Translations under genes and position numbers: made by a program
Notes under the pieces: generated by a model
The model's input: the letters and a program-made list of their open reading frames with translations, nothing else
Told to the model about the DNA's origin: nothing
Databases searched by the model: none
Assembly: GCA_964479455.1 (NCBI GenBank)
Contig: CAYZMF010000001.1
Span: 1 to 54,776 of the forward strand
Direction: 5' to 3'
Length of the DNA stretch: 54,776 nt
DNA from: an uncultured Gammaproteobacteria bacterium
GTDB taxonomy: Bacteria; Patescibacteriota; Patescibacteriia; Patescibacteriales; UBA12465
Part shown: positions 28,481 through 38,416 of the stretch, in pieces
Position numbering within the stretch: position 1 is the stretch's first letter
Layout of the letters: each line of letters begins with the position of its first letter

Positions 28481-30901
28481 ATGAATATTTCTTATAACTG
28501 GCTTAATGATTTTATCAAATTGCCTAAAAATATTAAAATAGAGGCTATTGCTAAAAAGCTAAGCCTAAAAACAGTTGAGGTGGAGGGCTTTAAATCCCTA
28601 GCTAGTCGCTTTGACCATATTATTGTTGCTGAAGTCTTAGCAGTCTCCAAGCATGAAAAAGCTAATCGTTTAAATATTGTTAAAGTCGATACTGGGCAAG
28701 AAGATCTAGATATTGTTTGTGGAGCCGATAATGTAGAAATTGGCCAAAAAGTAGCCTTAGCTTTACCCGGGGCAGTTTTAGCTAAGGAATTAGCGATAAA
28801 AGAGGTAGAGATAAGGGGGTTTAAGTCAAAGGGAATGATTTGTGCTTCTGATGAACTAGGACTAGGAGATGAGCACGATGGCATATTAGTTCTTGATAAA
28901 AAAGCAAAAAAAGGTCAAGCATTTTCCCAGTACTTAGCTTTAGATGATTATATCTTAGAGATAGATAATAAGTCCTTATCTAATAGGGGTGATCTATGGG
29001 GTCATTACGGGATTGCGCGCGAGTTAGGTGCAATTTTTTCGATTAAATTAAAACCTTATGATCAGTTCATTGATAAATTAAAGCCAAGCATTGAAGAGGC
29101 AATTAAGGTAAATATCGCTGAAAAAGAGCTGTGCCCTCGCTATTGTTCTTTAATAATTGATAATCTTGAAATTAAAGAGTCGCCTGAGTGGTTAAAAAAT
29201 CGCCTACTGGCAGTTGGCTTTAAGCCAATTAATAATGTTGTTGATATTACTAATTATATAATGCTAGAACTAGGTCAACCAATGCACGCCTTTGACGCTG
29301 ACAAAATATCAGATATTAATGTAGTTTTAGCTAAGGAAGGAGATGAGGTGGAGCTACTTGACGGAGATATAAAAGAATTAACAAATAAGGATTTAGTGAT
29401 TAAATCTCAAGATAAAATAGTGGCAGTGGCTGGAGTAATGGGGGCAAAAGATAGTAGTGTTACTTTTGATACAAGAAAAATTGTTTTAGAATCAGCTAAT
29501 TTTCAGGCAGTCTCTGTCAGACAAACAGCGAGCCGTTTAAACAAGAGGACCGAGTCATCAATTAGATTTGAAAAAAGCTTAGATCCTAAGCTAAGCATTT
29601 TAGCTATAAAAAGAGCGGCTAGTTTAATTAAAAAAATATGCCCTAAAGCTAGTATTTCTAGCAAAATTGTTGACCTTAATAATTTTAAAGACTTAAATAT
29701 AGATATTTCTTTTTCATTAGAAGAATTAAATACTTTTTTAGGGGTGGTAATTAAGAAAGAGGAGCTTGAAAATATATTGAATAATTTAGGTTTTGAGATT
29801 GAGGCGAGCGATGAATTAGAATTTATGGCGAGAGTGCCCAGTTGGCGAGCAATTAAAGATATTAGCATAAAAGAAGATATTTTTGAAGAAATTATTAGAA
29901 TTTATGGCTATGAGAATATTGAAGCTAAATCGCCAGTAGTTAACTTAGAAAGACTTAAAGCCAGTGAAGATTTAGTCTTAATCAAGAAGATTGTGAATTA
30001 TTTAAGTAGCATCCCTGGGATGCATGAGGTCTATAACTACGCTTTTGTTAGTGAAAAACAATTGAGTAAAATGAATATTGATGCTAATTCTTACTTAGGT
30101 CTTTTAAATCCTTTATCTGAAAACCACAATCTTTTAAGACAGAGTCTAGTGCCAAATATTGTTCTTAATGTTTTAAACAATCAGTTCAATTATAATAATT
30201 TTTCATTATTTGAGCTAGGACGCGTATTTCTACCAATTAGCGGTAATTTTGACAAAAATAATGATTTAGAGAAACTACCCTGTCAGAGCAAAAATCTAGC
30301 CATTCTTTTAGCCAGCGATGAGAAAGAATCAGAATTGGTATTAAAGGGATATTTAGAGGCGCTTTTTAAAAAATTATTTCATAGAGAAGTACAAATAAAT
30401 TACAAAACGACAGAGAATGTTCCTAATTATTTACAGCCAGAGACTTATGTCCATATTTTTGTCAATGATATAAATTTAGGCTTTATTAGCAGTTTAAATT
30501 CAAAAACAAGCAGTGCTTTAAATTTAAAGCTAAAAATTGCTGTTTTAGAAATTAACATTAATCAATTATTGAATTTATTTAGCAAAACGGGAAGCAAGAA
30601 ATATCAAAAAGGCATAAAATTCCCTAAGCTAGAAAGGGATTTAGCTTTTGTGGTTAATAAGAAAATAATGTATAATGAGTTATATAAAGATATGCTTGAA
30701 TTTAATGACTTGATTACGAAAGTAGAGCTCTTTGATGTCTATGCTGGCGACAAATTAGGCAATGAATTAAAAAGCCTTGCCTTTCACTTTGAGTATCAAT
30801 CAGCTGACAGAACTTTAACTAGTACAGAGGTTGATAAGATTCAAAAAGATTTAATTAAGTTTATGTTAGATAAGCATCAAGCTCGTTTAAGAGATTTTTA
30901 A
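28481..30901 (+). CDS. pheT: Phenylalanine--tRNA ligase beta subunit
   Basis: N-terminal tRNA-binding OB domain (MNISYNWLNDFI...), B3/4 and B5 regions and a C-terminal FDX-ACB-like domain. Confidence 0.9.
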   Translation: MNISYNWLNDFIKLPKNIKIEAIAKKLSLKTVEVEGFKSLASRFDHIIVAEVLAVSKHEKANRLNIVKVDTGQEDLDIVCGADNVEIGQKVALALPGAVLAKELAIKEVEIRGFKSKGMICASDELGLGDEHDGILVLDKKAKKGQAFSQYLALDDYILEIDNKSLSNRGDLWGHYGIARELGAIFSIKLKPYDQFIDKLKPSIEEAIKVNIAEKELCPRYCSLIIDNLEIKESPEWLKNRLLAVGFKPINNVVDITNYIMLELGQPMHAFDADKISDINVVLAKEGDEVELLDGDIKELTNKDLVIKSQDKIVAVAGVMGAKDSSVTFDTRKIVLESANFQAVSVRQTASRLNKRTESSIRFEKSLDPKLSILAIKRAASLIKKICPKASISSKIVDLNNFKDLNIDISFSLEELNTFLGVVIKKEELENILNNLGFEIEASDELEFMARVPSWRAIKDISIKEDIFEEIIRIYGYENIEAKSPVVNLERLKASEDLVLIKKIVNYLSSIPGMHEVYNYAFVSEKQLSKMNIDANSYLGLLNPLSENHNLLRQSLVPNIVLNVLNNQFNYNNFSLFELGRVFLPISGNFDKNNDLEKLPCQSKNLAILLASDEKESELVLKGYLEALFKKLFHREVQINYKTTENVPNYLQPETYVHIFVNDINLGFISSLNSKTSSALNLKLKIAVLEININQLLNLFSKTGSKKYQKGIKFPKLERDLAFVVNKKIMYNELYKDMLEFNDLITKVELFDVYAGDKLGNELKSLAFHFEYQSADRTLTSTEVDKIQKDLIKFMLDKHQARLRDF

Positions 30902-30913
30902 TTTAATAAAAAT

Positions 30914-31258
30914 ATGTTTGAAACATCACGCGACATTTTAAATTTAGTTTTATCTATTTCTATTGCCAGTTTGGCTTTTTTTCTCTGTCTAGGTTTATAT
31001 TATATAATCAGCGTCTTTAAAAAAGGCTTGGGCTTAGTGAAAAAAGGAGAAGACATAATTTCAAAATTTGAAATGCTTTTAGATTTGGTTAAGAATAAGG
31101 TTACTAGCAGTGCCTCCTATATCTTTACCTTAGGGGAGTTGGTAAAAAAAGTATCAAGCTTAATGAGAGAGAGGAGGAGAGATCGTTATGAAGAAGATAA
31201 AGAGGAGGAAGAATATGAAGTTAAGAAAAGACCAAAGAGGAGGAAAAAGGCAAAATAA
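30914..31258 (+). CDS. Hypothetical single-pass membrane protein with a highly charged tail
   Basis: TM segment LVLSISIASLAFFLCLGLYYIISVF, then ...RERRRDRYEEDKEEEEYEVKKRPKRRKKAK. Confidence 0.6.
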   Translation: MFETSRDILNLVLSISIASLAFFLCLGLYYIISVFKKGLGLVKKGEDIISKFEMLLDLVKNKVTSSASYIFTLGELVKKVSSLMRERRRDRYEEDKEEEEYEVKKRPKRRKKAK

Positions 31259-33454
31259 TTAATCACAATTTTTATCACTACATTCCTTTTTGCCTTGCTG
31301 ATTAATGATCATTAGTTTATTACAATTAGGGCATTTTTCATCAACTGGCTTGCCCCGATAGATGTTTTTACATTCTGGATAATTATTACAAGCGTAGAAA
31401 GCTCCGCGCCTGCTCATCTTTTTTACAATCTCTCCTTTATTACATAAAGGACATTTTATTTTTTGGCCATCATCATCTAGGTTTAAAATATTTTTACATT
31501 TTGGATAGGCACTACAACCGAGAAATAGGCCGAAGCGACCTCTTTTTAAAATCATCTCTGATTGGCATTTATCACATTTTTTGCCCTGGTACTTAGTTTT
31601 TAGTTTTTCTAATTCTTCATCGCTTTCCTTTGATTTATTCTGGCTTATTTTTTCTGTATATTTGCACTGAGGATAATTTTCACAAGCTAAAAATTTACCG
31701 TAGCGACCTAGCTTGATAAAAAGAGCAGAGCCACAATCAGGACATTTTTTGTCGCTTGTTTCCTTGGGCAATAAATCTTCTTTACTTAATTCCTTGTCTT
31801 TCTTTTTTAAATTGTCAGCGAAGGGCTGATAAAAATCTTCAATTACCGGTAGCCAGTTAATCTTTCCTTGAGCAATTTTATCTAAATCATTTTCTAGCTC
31901 GGCAGTGAAATTATAATCAACAATATTAGCAAAATGTTGAGTTAAAACATCATTAACTACTAAGGAGATATCAGTTGGATAGAGTCTTTTACTCTCATCT
32001 CGCAAAACATAGCCACGATCAATGATGGTAGAAATAGTCGGGGCATAAGTTGAGGGACGACCAATGCCATATTTTTCCATAAGCTTAACTAAGCTAGCAT
32101 CGCTATAGCGAGCCGGGGGCTTAGTGAAGTGTTGATTAGAAGTGATTTTCTCAAGTAAAATTTTATCTTTTATACTCCAATTAGGCAAGACTTGTTCTTG
32201 AGTTTTTTCCGGATAAATCTTTAAATAAGCATCAAAGGTAATTATTTGACCACTAGCCCGGAGATTATAGCTATTTTTTTTATATATAGCCTCAAAATCA
32301 AGGCTACTAGATTTTAATTTAGCACTAGCCATTAAACTAGCCAAAGCTCTTTGCCAAATTAATTGATAAAGTTTAAAAATACGGGGTTCAAGCTTGTCTT
32401 TTAATAAGCCCGGTTCAGTTTTTACATTAGTGGGACGAATTGCTTCATGAGCCTCTTGAGCATTTTTACTTTTATTAAGCATTTTCCTATTTCTTTCTCC
32501 TTGATAGTCTTTGCTTAAATTATCCTCAAGCCAGGCATAGGCGCTAGAGACAAATGATTTAGCTAGGGAAATAGAATCCGTTCTCATGTAGGTGATATAG
32601 CCCTGTTCATAGAGTTTTTGGGCGACTGCCATGGTTTGCTTAGCGCTAAAACCTAAAAAACGATTAGCTGTTTGTTGGAGGGAGGAGGTAGTAAAGGGGT
32701 TAGGTGGATTTTTACTTATTTCTTTAAAGACAATGTCTTTGATTACTATATTTGCCTGTTTAATCTCTTTTTCGGCTCTCTTGGCTGTTTTTTCAGAAAG
32801 ATTATAGCTGCCAATACTTTTATTATTGATCTTATTTAATTGGGCCTGACAGCTTTCTTGCTTTTTTTTTAAATCAGCTACTAGCGTCCAATATTCTTTT
32901 TTATTAAAATTATTAATTTCTCTTTCTTTTTCAACTACTAATCTTAGGGCAACACTTTGCACCCGACCAGCTGACAAGCCTTTGGCAACTTTTTTATATA
33001 AAAAAGGAGAAAGTTTGTAGCCCACTAATCTATCTAAAATGCGCCTGGCCTGTTGGGCGTCAACTAGTTTTTGATTTATTTTTTTTGGTTGCTCTAAAGC
33101 CTGTTTAATCGCCTCCTTAGTTATTTCATGAAAAGTAATTCGGCAAATATCTGAGTCCTTTAGATTCAGAATATGAGCCAAGTGCCAGGCGATAGCCTCA
33201 CCTTCACGATCTTCATCAGTTGCCAGAATGATTTTACTAGCTCGCTTGGCCTTTTCTTTTAGCTCTCTTACCTTAGTTTTAGCCTTATCAGCGATTACAT
33301 AAGTTATAGCAAAATTATTATCTACTTCAATGCCCAGACCTTTTTGCGGTAAATCCCTAATGTGGCCAAAAGATGAAGTGACATGGTAAGACTTATCAAG
33401 AAATTTTGAAATTGTTTTTGCCTTAGTAGGCGACTCAACGATAATTAATGTCAT
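31259..33454 (-). CDS. topA: DNA topoisomerase I with four C-terminal C4 zinc ribbons
   Basis: TOPRIM domain MTLIIVESPTKAKTISKFL...ATDEDREGEAIAW, active-site region YITYMRTDS and repeated CPxC..C..C fingers. The start is set at MTLIIVESP (33454) to avoid overlap with dprA. Confidence 0.9.
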   Translation of the reverse strand: MTLIIVESPTKAKTISKFLDKSYHVTSSFGHIRDLPQKGLGIEVDNNFAITYVIADKAKTKVRELKEKAKRASKIILATDEDREGEAIAWHLAHILNLKDSDICRITFHEITKEAIKQALEQPKKINQKLVDAQQARRILDRLVGYKLSPFLYKKVAKGLSAGRVQSVALRLVVEKEREINNFNKKEYWTLVADLKKKQESCQAQLNKINNKSIGSYNLSEKTAKRAEKEIKQANIVIKDIVFKEISKNPPNPFTTSSLQQTANRFLGFSAKQTMAVAQKLYEQGYITYMRTDSISLAKSFVSSAYAWLEDNLSKDYQGERNRKMLNKSKNAQEAHEAIRPTNVKTEPGLLKDKLEPRIFKLYQLIWQRALASLMASAKLKSSSLDFEAIYKKNSYNLRASGQIITFDAYLKIYPEKTQEQVLPNWSIKDKILLEKITSNQHFTKPPARYSDASLVKLMEKYGIGRPSTYAPTISTIIDRGYVLRDESKRLYPTDISLVVNDVLTQHFANIVDYNFTAELENDLDKIAQGKINWLPVIEDFYQPFADNLKKKDKELSKEDLLPKETSDKKCPDCGSALFIKLGRYGKFLACENYPQCKYTEKISQNKSKESDEELEKLKTKYQGKKCDKCQSEMILKRGRFGLFLGCSAYPKCKNILNLDDDGQKIKCPLCNKGEIVKKMSRRGAFYACNNYPECKNIYRGKPVDEKCPNCNKLMIINQQGKKECSDKNCD

Positions 33455-33479
33455 ATTTTTATATCCTAAGTTTACTATT

Positions 33480-34367
33480 TTAAAAGTTGCTGTCAAGCAA
33501 TAGCTCTTTAATATCTTCTTGTTTGGTGATAACAATTGCTCCGTTTTTTATCAATTCATTACTACCCTCATGTTTTTCTGATAAAATATTTCCTGGGACA
33601 GCCCCGACATTACGCCCAAAGTCTAAAGCTAAATTAGCGGTAATTAAGGCCCCTGATTTGATTTTAGCTTCAATTATTAAAGTGCTGTTGCTAATTCCTG
33701 CAATTATCTGGTTTCTCAAGGGAAAATGATATTTTAAAGGTTTTTGCGAGGGCAGGAATTGAGAAACTAAACAGCCCCGATTATTGATTATTTCTTTAGC
33801 TAAAGAAATATTTTCTTTTGGGTAAAGCTGGTTGTGACCGGAACCTAAAATAGCACAGGTGTGTAAATCATTTTCTAAGGCGGCTTTATGAACCAGACTA
33901 TCAATTCCTAGAGCTAGACCACTAACCAAACTATAGTTAGTACTTAATTTTCCTAAGAGATAATCTACTATTTTTTGAGCACTTAAACTACAATTTCTTG
34001 AGCCGACTATACTAAAATATCGTTTAGGCAATGAGTGAAAAGAGCCTTGATAAAAAAGGACTAGGGGGTAATTTTTAGTTTCTTTAAGTAAAGGGGGGAA
34101 GAGAGGGTCTTGATAGCTGAGTAGTTTTATTTGATTACTGCTTATTGTTTTTTCAAGTTTTATTAAAATATTTTTTTCTTTGATGTACATTATTCTATCA
34201 ATATATTTTTCAGGAATTTTAAGTCGGTTGAAGTGGTTTCTTTTAGCTGAAAGAATATTTTGCCAGGAAGTAAAGACATTTTTTAAATAAAATAGTAGTT
34301 GATGATTTAAGGGTAGTATGTTAGAGAGGGTGGCTAAAGCTAAATCTTCAGTCTTGACTTTATTCAT
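33480..34367 (-). CDS. dprA: DNA processing protein DprA (Smf)
   Basis: Rossmann-like core IVGSRNCS...SGLALGIDSLVHKAAL...GSGHNQLYPKEN. Confidence 0.85.
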   Translation of the reverse strand: MNKVKTEDLALATLSNILPLNHQLLFYLKNVFTSWQNILSAKRNHFNRLKIPEKYIDRIMYIKEKNILIKLEKTISSNQIKLLSYQDPLFPPLLKETKNYPLVLFYQGSFHSLPKRYFSIVGSRNCSLSAQKIVDYLLGKLSTNYSLVSGLALGIDSLVHKAALENDLHTCAILGSGHNQLYPKENISLAKEIINNRGCLVSQFLPSQKPLKYHFPLRNQIIAGISNSTLIIEAKIKSGALITANLALDFGRNVGAVPGNILSEKHEGSNELIKNGAIVITKQEDIKELLLDSNF

Positions 34368-34397
34368 AGTTATGATAAGCTAGAAAATCAATTAGAG

Positions 34398-34503
34398 ACC
34401 CTGGTTCTCGCTTATATCTTGTGATATATTAGTGTTTTATAACTTTCCTCCTGGTTATAATCAATTAATTATTAATCAGATATAAGTGGGTATCAGGTTT
34501 TTT
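34398..34503. other. Long nested hairpin plus T6 in the pth-dprA intergenic region
   Basis: The 21-nt arms 34398-34418 and 34479-34499 pair at 19 of 21 positions (3 are G-U). The inner hairpin TTATAAC-TTTCCTCCTG-GTTATAA (34437-34460) exposes CCTCC on the plus strand and AGGAGG on the minus strand. T6 lies at 34498-34503. Confidence 0.4.
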
Positions 34504-34553
34504 AATAAGAAAATCTTGCCTAAAAATAATCAAATTGCCCCTCTAAAATTTGA

Positions 34554-35108
34554 CTATTTTAGACAAGATTCTTTTATCAAATTCTGATTATTTAACAATT
34601 GAGATAATTCTTCCTGGCTAAAATTTTGCATCACAAATTTGTCTGCTGGGATAATAGTTTTTAAAGAAGGGGTTTTAATTCCTAGTCTAAGGCGCTTAAA
34701 ATTTTTAGTGGCAGTTCTTTGAATAATCGAGGCAACTCCTTTGTGGCCGCCACTACTTTTATCAACACTCAGCTTATGGGCACCTAAGTTAATATCTAAA
34801 TCATCGTGAATAACGGTCAGGACATCACTTAAATCACTGTTTTTTTTTGTAAAAAAATGTAATTTTTTAGGGATTAACTGGTAGTATGACAGGGCCAAGA
34901 TGACACTTTCTCCAGACAGATTCATATAAGTTAAGGGCTTGAGAAAAAGATTTGTGCCCTGTTTGCAAATTAAGGCTTTAAATTTTTTTTCTTTTTGCCA
35001 AGTTTCATCTTTTAAAATTTCATCAACTAATAACCAGGCAGCGTTATGCCGGCTTTTGTGATACTTGTCGCCAGGGTTGCCTAGAGCAACTATTATTTTA
35101 CTAATCAT
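34554..35108 (-). CDS. pth: Peptidyl-tRNA hydrolase
   Basis: MISKIIVALGNPGDKYHKSRHNAAW... matches the Pth N-terminal signature. An internal Met was chosen as the start. Confidence 0.85.
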   Translation of the reverse strand: MISKIIVALGNPGDKYHKSRHNAAWLLVDEILKDETWQKEKKFKALICKQGTNLFLKPLTYMNLSGESVILALSYYQLIPKKLHFFTKKNSDLSDVLTVIHDDLDINLGAHKLSVDKSSGGHKGVASIIQRTATKNFKRLRLGIKTPSLKTIIPADKFVMQNFSQEELSQLLNNQNLIKESCLK

Positions 35109-35151
35109 ATTATACAAGTTAGTTGATAACAAAAACTAATCTTAATTATCA

Positions 35152-36540
35152 CTATTTTTGAAACTTCCCGTGCACTCTTTTATTGTGCTCCACATACATA
35201 GTAATTGGCGTGCCTAAAAAATCAAATTGTTCTCTTAAGCGATTTTCAATAAATCTAAGATAAGAAAAGTGGAGATTATCATTAATACCAATTCTAACTG
35301 AAAAAACGGGGGGATTATTTTCCACTTGTTTTATTTCGTAAATATGGGGCGCTTTTAATCCTTTTCCTTTGGCGGGTAAATGAATTTTAACAACTCGCAT
35401 TAGAAATTTTTTTAATTGGGTTTCACTAATTAGAGTTTTTCTGCCTTGGTAAATTAAATTAGCAATTTTTAAAACATCATTAACCCCTTTCTTATTTTTA
35501 GCAGAGATAAAGCAAATTGGTGCCCATAAGGCAAAGGGGAAATTTTGATAAATATGTTTTGTCCATTTTTTACGATCCCTTTCTTCAATCAAGTCCCATT
35601 TATTAGCAATAATAATTAGACTTTTTTTTCTTTTAATTACCTCTTCAAACATTTTGGAATCCTGATGACTTAGGGGAGCGCTAAGATCAATCATTAAGAG
35701 AGCGATATCCGCCTGATTAAGACTTTGTAAAGATTTCATAATCCCTAACTTTTCTAGTCCTTTACTTTTATGTCCCTGCCTAGAAATACCAGCCGTATCA
35801 ATTAAGGTGTAGTTGTTATCTTCATATTTTAAGTAGCAATTTTGTGGCTCTCTGGTGGTGTGAGCCTTCTTACTAACTATCACCCTTTCATAGCCAAGCA
35901 AGGCATTAAGAAGCGAGGATTTACCAACATTAGGCCTACCAACAATACATAACTTAGCATTTTCTTCTTTTATTTGTCGTTTAGCAAGTTCTTTATTCTT
36001 CGGTAAGCATTCGCTTATATAGTCTAATAAGTCGCCAGTACCAACGCCGGTTTGAGCTGATAATAGAAAATGAGTATCAATATTTAATTTATAAAATTGA
36101 GCACTATCTAGTCTTTCTTTTTTCCCATCGACTTTGTTAATTAATAAAATGGTTTTTTCTTTTAGTTTTTTATCCTTAAAGAAGGCCTTAACTAATTCCT
36201 TATCTCCAGGCATTAAACCAACTTTTCCGTCAACTAAAAAAAGGATAAGACTGGCTTTTTTAAGATAATCAATGGCTTGCTTTTGAGCTTTGATGTCTAT
36301 GTCTTCTTGATCTTCTTTTTTTAAGCTTTTTAAATATTGAGCCTTAATTAGCCCAGCGGTATCAACTAATTGAAAATTACAATAATTCCAGGAGACTTCT
36401 CCTAGATTGCTATCACGAGTGGTCCCTTCAATGTCAGAGATAAGGGCCTGTTTTTTTTCAGTTAAGCGATTAAACAAGGTTGATTTACCGACATTAACCC
36501 GACCACAAATTGCCACAATTGGTAAATTTTTATTATTCAT
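35152..36540 (-). CDS. der: Ribosome-biogenesis GTPase Der (EngA)
   Basis: Two G domains (GRVNVGKSTLFN and [12 protein letters not shown]) plus a C-terminal KH-like domain. Confidence 0.9.
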   Translation of the reverse strand: MNNKNLPIVAICGRVNVGKSTLFNRLTEKKQALISDIEGTTRDSNLGEVSWNYCNFQLVDTAGLIKAQYLKSLKKEDQEDIDIKAQKQAIDYLKKASLILFLVDGKVGLMPGDKELVKAFFKDKKLKEKTILLINKVDGKKERLDSAQFYKLNIDTHFLLSAQTGVGTGDLLDYISECLPKNKELAKRQIKEENAKLCIVGRPNVGKSSLLNALLGYERVIVSKKAHTTREPQNCYLKYEDNNYTLIDTAGISRQGHKSKGLEKLGIMKSLQSLNQADIALLMIDLSAPLSHQDSKMFEEVIKRKKSLIIIANKWDLIEERDRKKWTKHIYQNFPFALWAPICFISAKNKKGVNDVLKIANLIYQGRKTLISETQLKKFLMRVVKIHLPAKGKGLKAPHIYEIKQVENNPPVFSVRIGINDNLHFSYLRFIENRLREQFDFLGTPITMYVEHNKRVHGKFQK

Positions 36541-36547
36541 TTTAATT

Positions 36548-37969
36548 TTAATTAGTTCCTAGGAGTAGCAAAAAATCGGATTGTCTTTCACCTTCTTCGT
36601 AGTTGCTTATCCAACTTGGAGCATCAAAGGCCATTTCAGCATTGACGAGTGTTAGTAGTTTTTCAAGCTCATCATTAAAACGACCAAAACTTAAATCATA
36701 AACTTTGTTAGTTTCATAATCTCTACGCTTAGCATTACTGACCTCTATTATTTCAAAGCCAGCTCTTTCTAAAGTAGCAGCTGTATTAGCGGCTAGACCA
36801 GTTGTCCAACTACCATTGACAACACTAATTTTTACCCGATTTTCTATTATACTTTCCTCTAATTCTTTTACCACCGAACCCTCTTCTTCTTTAAATATAT
36901 TTTTAATAAGCATTTGCATCTCTAAAAAGTTGCCACTTTTGGGAATAAGGATGAAGGCATTTTGTTCACCCCGTGAGGCCCTAAGATAATTATTAGGACC
37001 ATCATCAAAGACAAAGTTAGTAATCTTGTCCTTATCAATATCCTTAAGCATATTCCAGGCCTTTATTAACTCCCAAGCATTTAGATTTGTATTAATGCCT
37101 TTATCTAGTTCTTTAATAATATTAGAAATTTTATTAGGTTTGAGGAGAAGTTCTTGCTGAAGTAGATTTTGTTTAAGCGCCTCTAAGACCAGTTGTTGTC
37201 TCCTAGCTCGAGCAAAATCATTGCCCTCAATGCCACTCGCGTGCCTGCTCCTTACAAACTTTAAAGCTAAGCTTCCATCCATTTCTTTCTCGCCATTTTC
37301 AATATAGAGATGCTCAAAGCGGGCATAATAATCAGGGTTATCCTCTTGTCCTAAAATTGGATACTTGTAATCGCTGAGCGTATTTTCAACATTTACCGTA
37401 ATACCTCCCAATAAATCGATGATGTTAATAAAAGCATTAAAATCAACTCTTATATAATAATTAATATCTAAGTTAAATGTTTTAGATAAATTTGAGGCAG
37501 TAAAAGCAGCCCCTTCTCCTTTTTTTCGACTTTCTCCAATTGCATTGAGGGAATTTATTTTTCGCCAACTACTTAAACCCTCAATTGGCACTGTTAAATC
37601 TCTAGGAAAAGAAATTAAAGATACCTCCTGGGTTGATGGCTTAAAGCTAGCCAGCATGATTGTATCAGCTAAATTAGGACCATCATGACCGACTCCACCG
37701 GTACCAAGCAGGAGGATGTTAACCCTGTCTTCCTTCTCTCCTAGTAAGGGCCTCTCTAAGCTTTCACTGAGATATTTAATTTTTCCTAAAAAGGTGTGCT
37801 CTTGTAGCCAAGTATTGGCCTGTGGGCTTGACATTATAACTTTAGCAGAGAATACTAAAAAAACCACCACAAGAAAACTGGCTATAAAGCGAAATTTTTT
37901 TTTAGTTTTTCTAAGTTCTGGGCTAGTGTCTTCATCTTCTTCTCGCATTTTTGCTTTAAAATCAATCAT
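36548..37969 (-). CDS. LytR-CpsA-Psr (LCP) family cell-envelope protein with a C-terminal LytR_C domain
   Basis: A TM anchor, then ILLLGTGGVGHDGPNLADTIMLASF...INYYIRVDFNAF and a C-terminal VSVVNGSWTTGLA. Confidence 0.85.
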   Translation of the reverse strand: MIDFKAKMREEDEDTSPELRKTKKKFRFIASFLVVVFLVFSAKVIMSSPQANTWLQEHTFLGKIKYLSESLERPLLGEKEDRVNILLLGTGGVGHDGPNLADTIMLASFKPSTQEVSLISFPRDLTVPIEGLSSWRKINSLNAIGESRKKGEGAAFTASNLSKTFNLDINYYIRVDFNAFINIIDLLGGITVNVENTLSDYKYPILGQEDNPDYYARFEHLYIENGEKEMDGSLALKFVRSRHASGIEGNDFARARRQQLVLEALKQNLLQQELLLKPNKISNIIKELDKGINTNLNAWELIKAWNMLKDIDKDKITNFVFDDGPNNYLRASRGEQNAFILIPKSGNFLEMQMLIKNIFKEEEGSVVKELEESIIENRVKISVVNGSWTTGLAANTAATLERAGFEIIEVSNAKRRDYETNKVYDLSFGRFNDELEKLLTLVNAEMAFDAPSWISNYEEGERQSDFLLLLGTN

Positions 37970-38029
37970 ATAAATAAATGAGATCTCAATTATTCATTAT
38001 AACTTATTTCTTGATTAAATCATATTAAG

Positions 38030-38100
38030 TCGGGGTGCCGGGAATTGAACCCGGGCTACATGCACCCCATGCATGCGTACTACCGTTATACTACACCCCG
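38030..38100 (-). tRNA. tRNA-Pro (anticodon GGG)
   Basis: Reverse complement CGGGGTGTAGTATAACGGTAGTACGCATGCATGGGGTGCATGTAGCCCGGGTTCAATTCCCGGCACCCCGA. It has a C1:G72 pair, anticodon loop ATGGGGT and G37. Confidence 0.8.
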
Positions 38101-38313
38101 CTTTTCATTTAAAACTGCTTCAATTTCTTGGTCACTTAAATCCTTAGTTGATTGAAATTTTTCCCTAATTTCTTTAATCGTTAACCCTTGGCCGTATTTT
38201 TTAATCAATTCCTCTGGAGTCATTAAACGATTGGTAGCCTTTTCCGAAAAAGGCTTTTTTTCAGGGATTAATTTTTCAAGTTTTTTTCTAAATGCATTTT
38301 GTAGATTTTCCAT
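38086..38313 (-). CDS. Possible small charged protein; the last 15 nt overlap the tRNA-Pro 5' end
   Basis: 75-aa ORF with plausible helical, charged composition. It has no SD and no recognised family. Confidence 0.35.
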   Translation of the reverse strand: MENLQNAFRKKLEKLIPEKKPFSEKATNRLMTPEELIKKYGQGLTIKEIREKFQSTKDLSDQEIEAVLNEKRGVV

Positions 38314-38416
38314 ATAATTTTTTTATATTATAAGTTTAAGCTACTTATGAAGCTTTGTCAAAATTGCTAATTTTATTTAATTATTATATAGTTAAGGAAT
38401 ACTAAACTATTATTAT

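Noticed and set aside
33455-33535. N-terminal extension of topA given by the ORF track (start at 33535).
   Set aside because: The extension overlaps the dprA 3' end by 56 nt and precedes the conserved TOPRIM start MTLIIVESPTKAK. The internal ATG at 33454 was used instead.
14455-38416. T-box or other leader riboswitches upstream of the seven aaRS genes.
   Set aside because: The upstream spacers are only about 10-100 nt (for example 14455-14520, 24378-24413, 38314-38416). That is too short for a T-box, and no specifier or antiterminator structure was seen.
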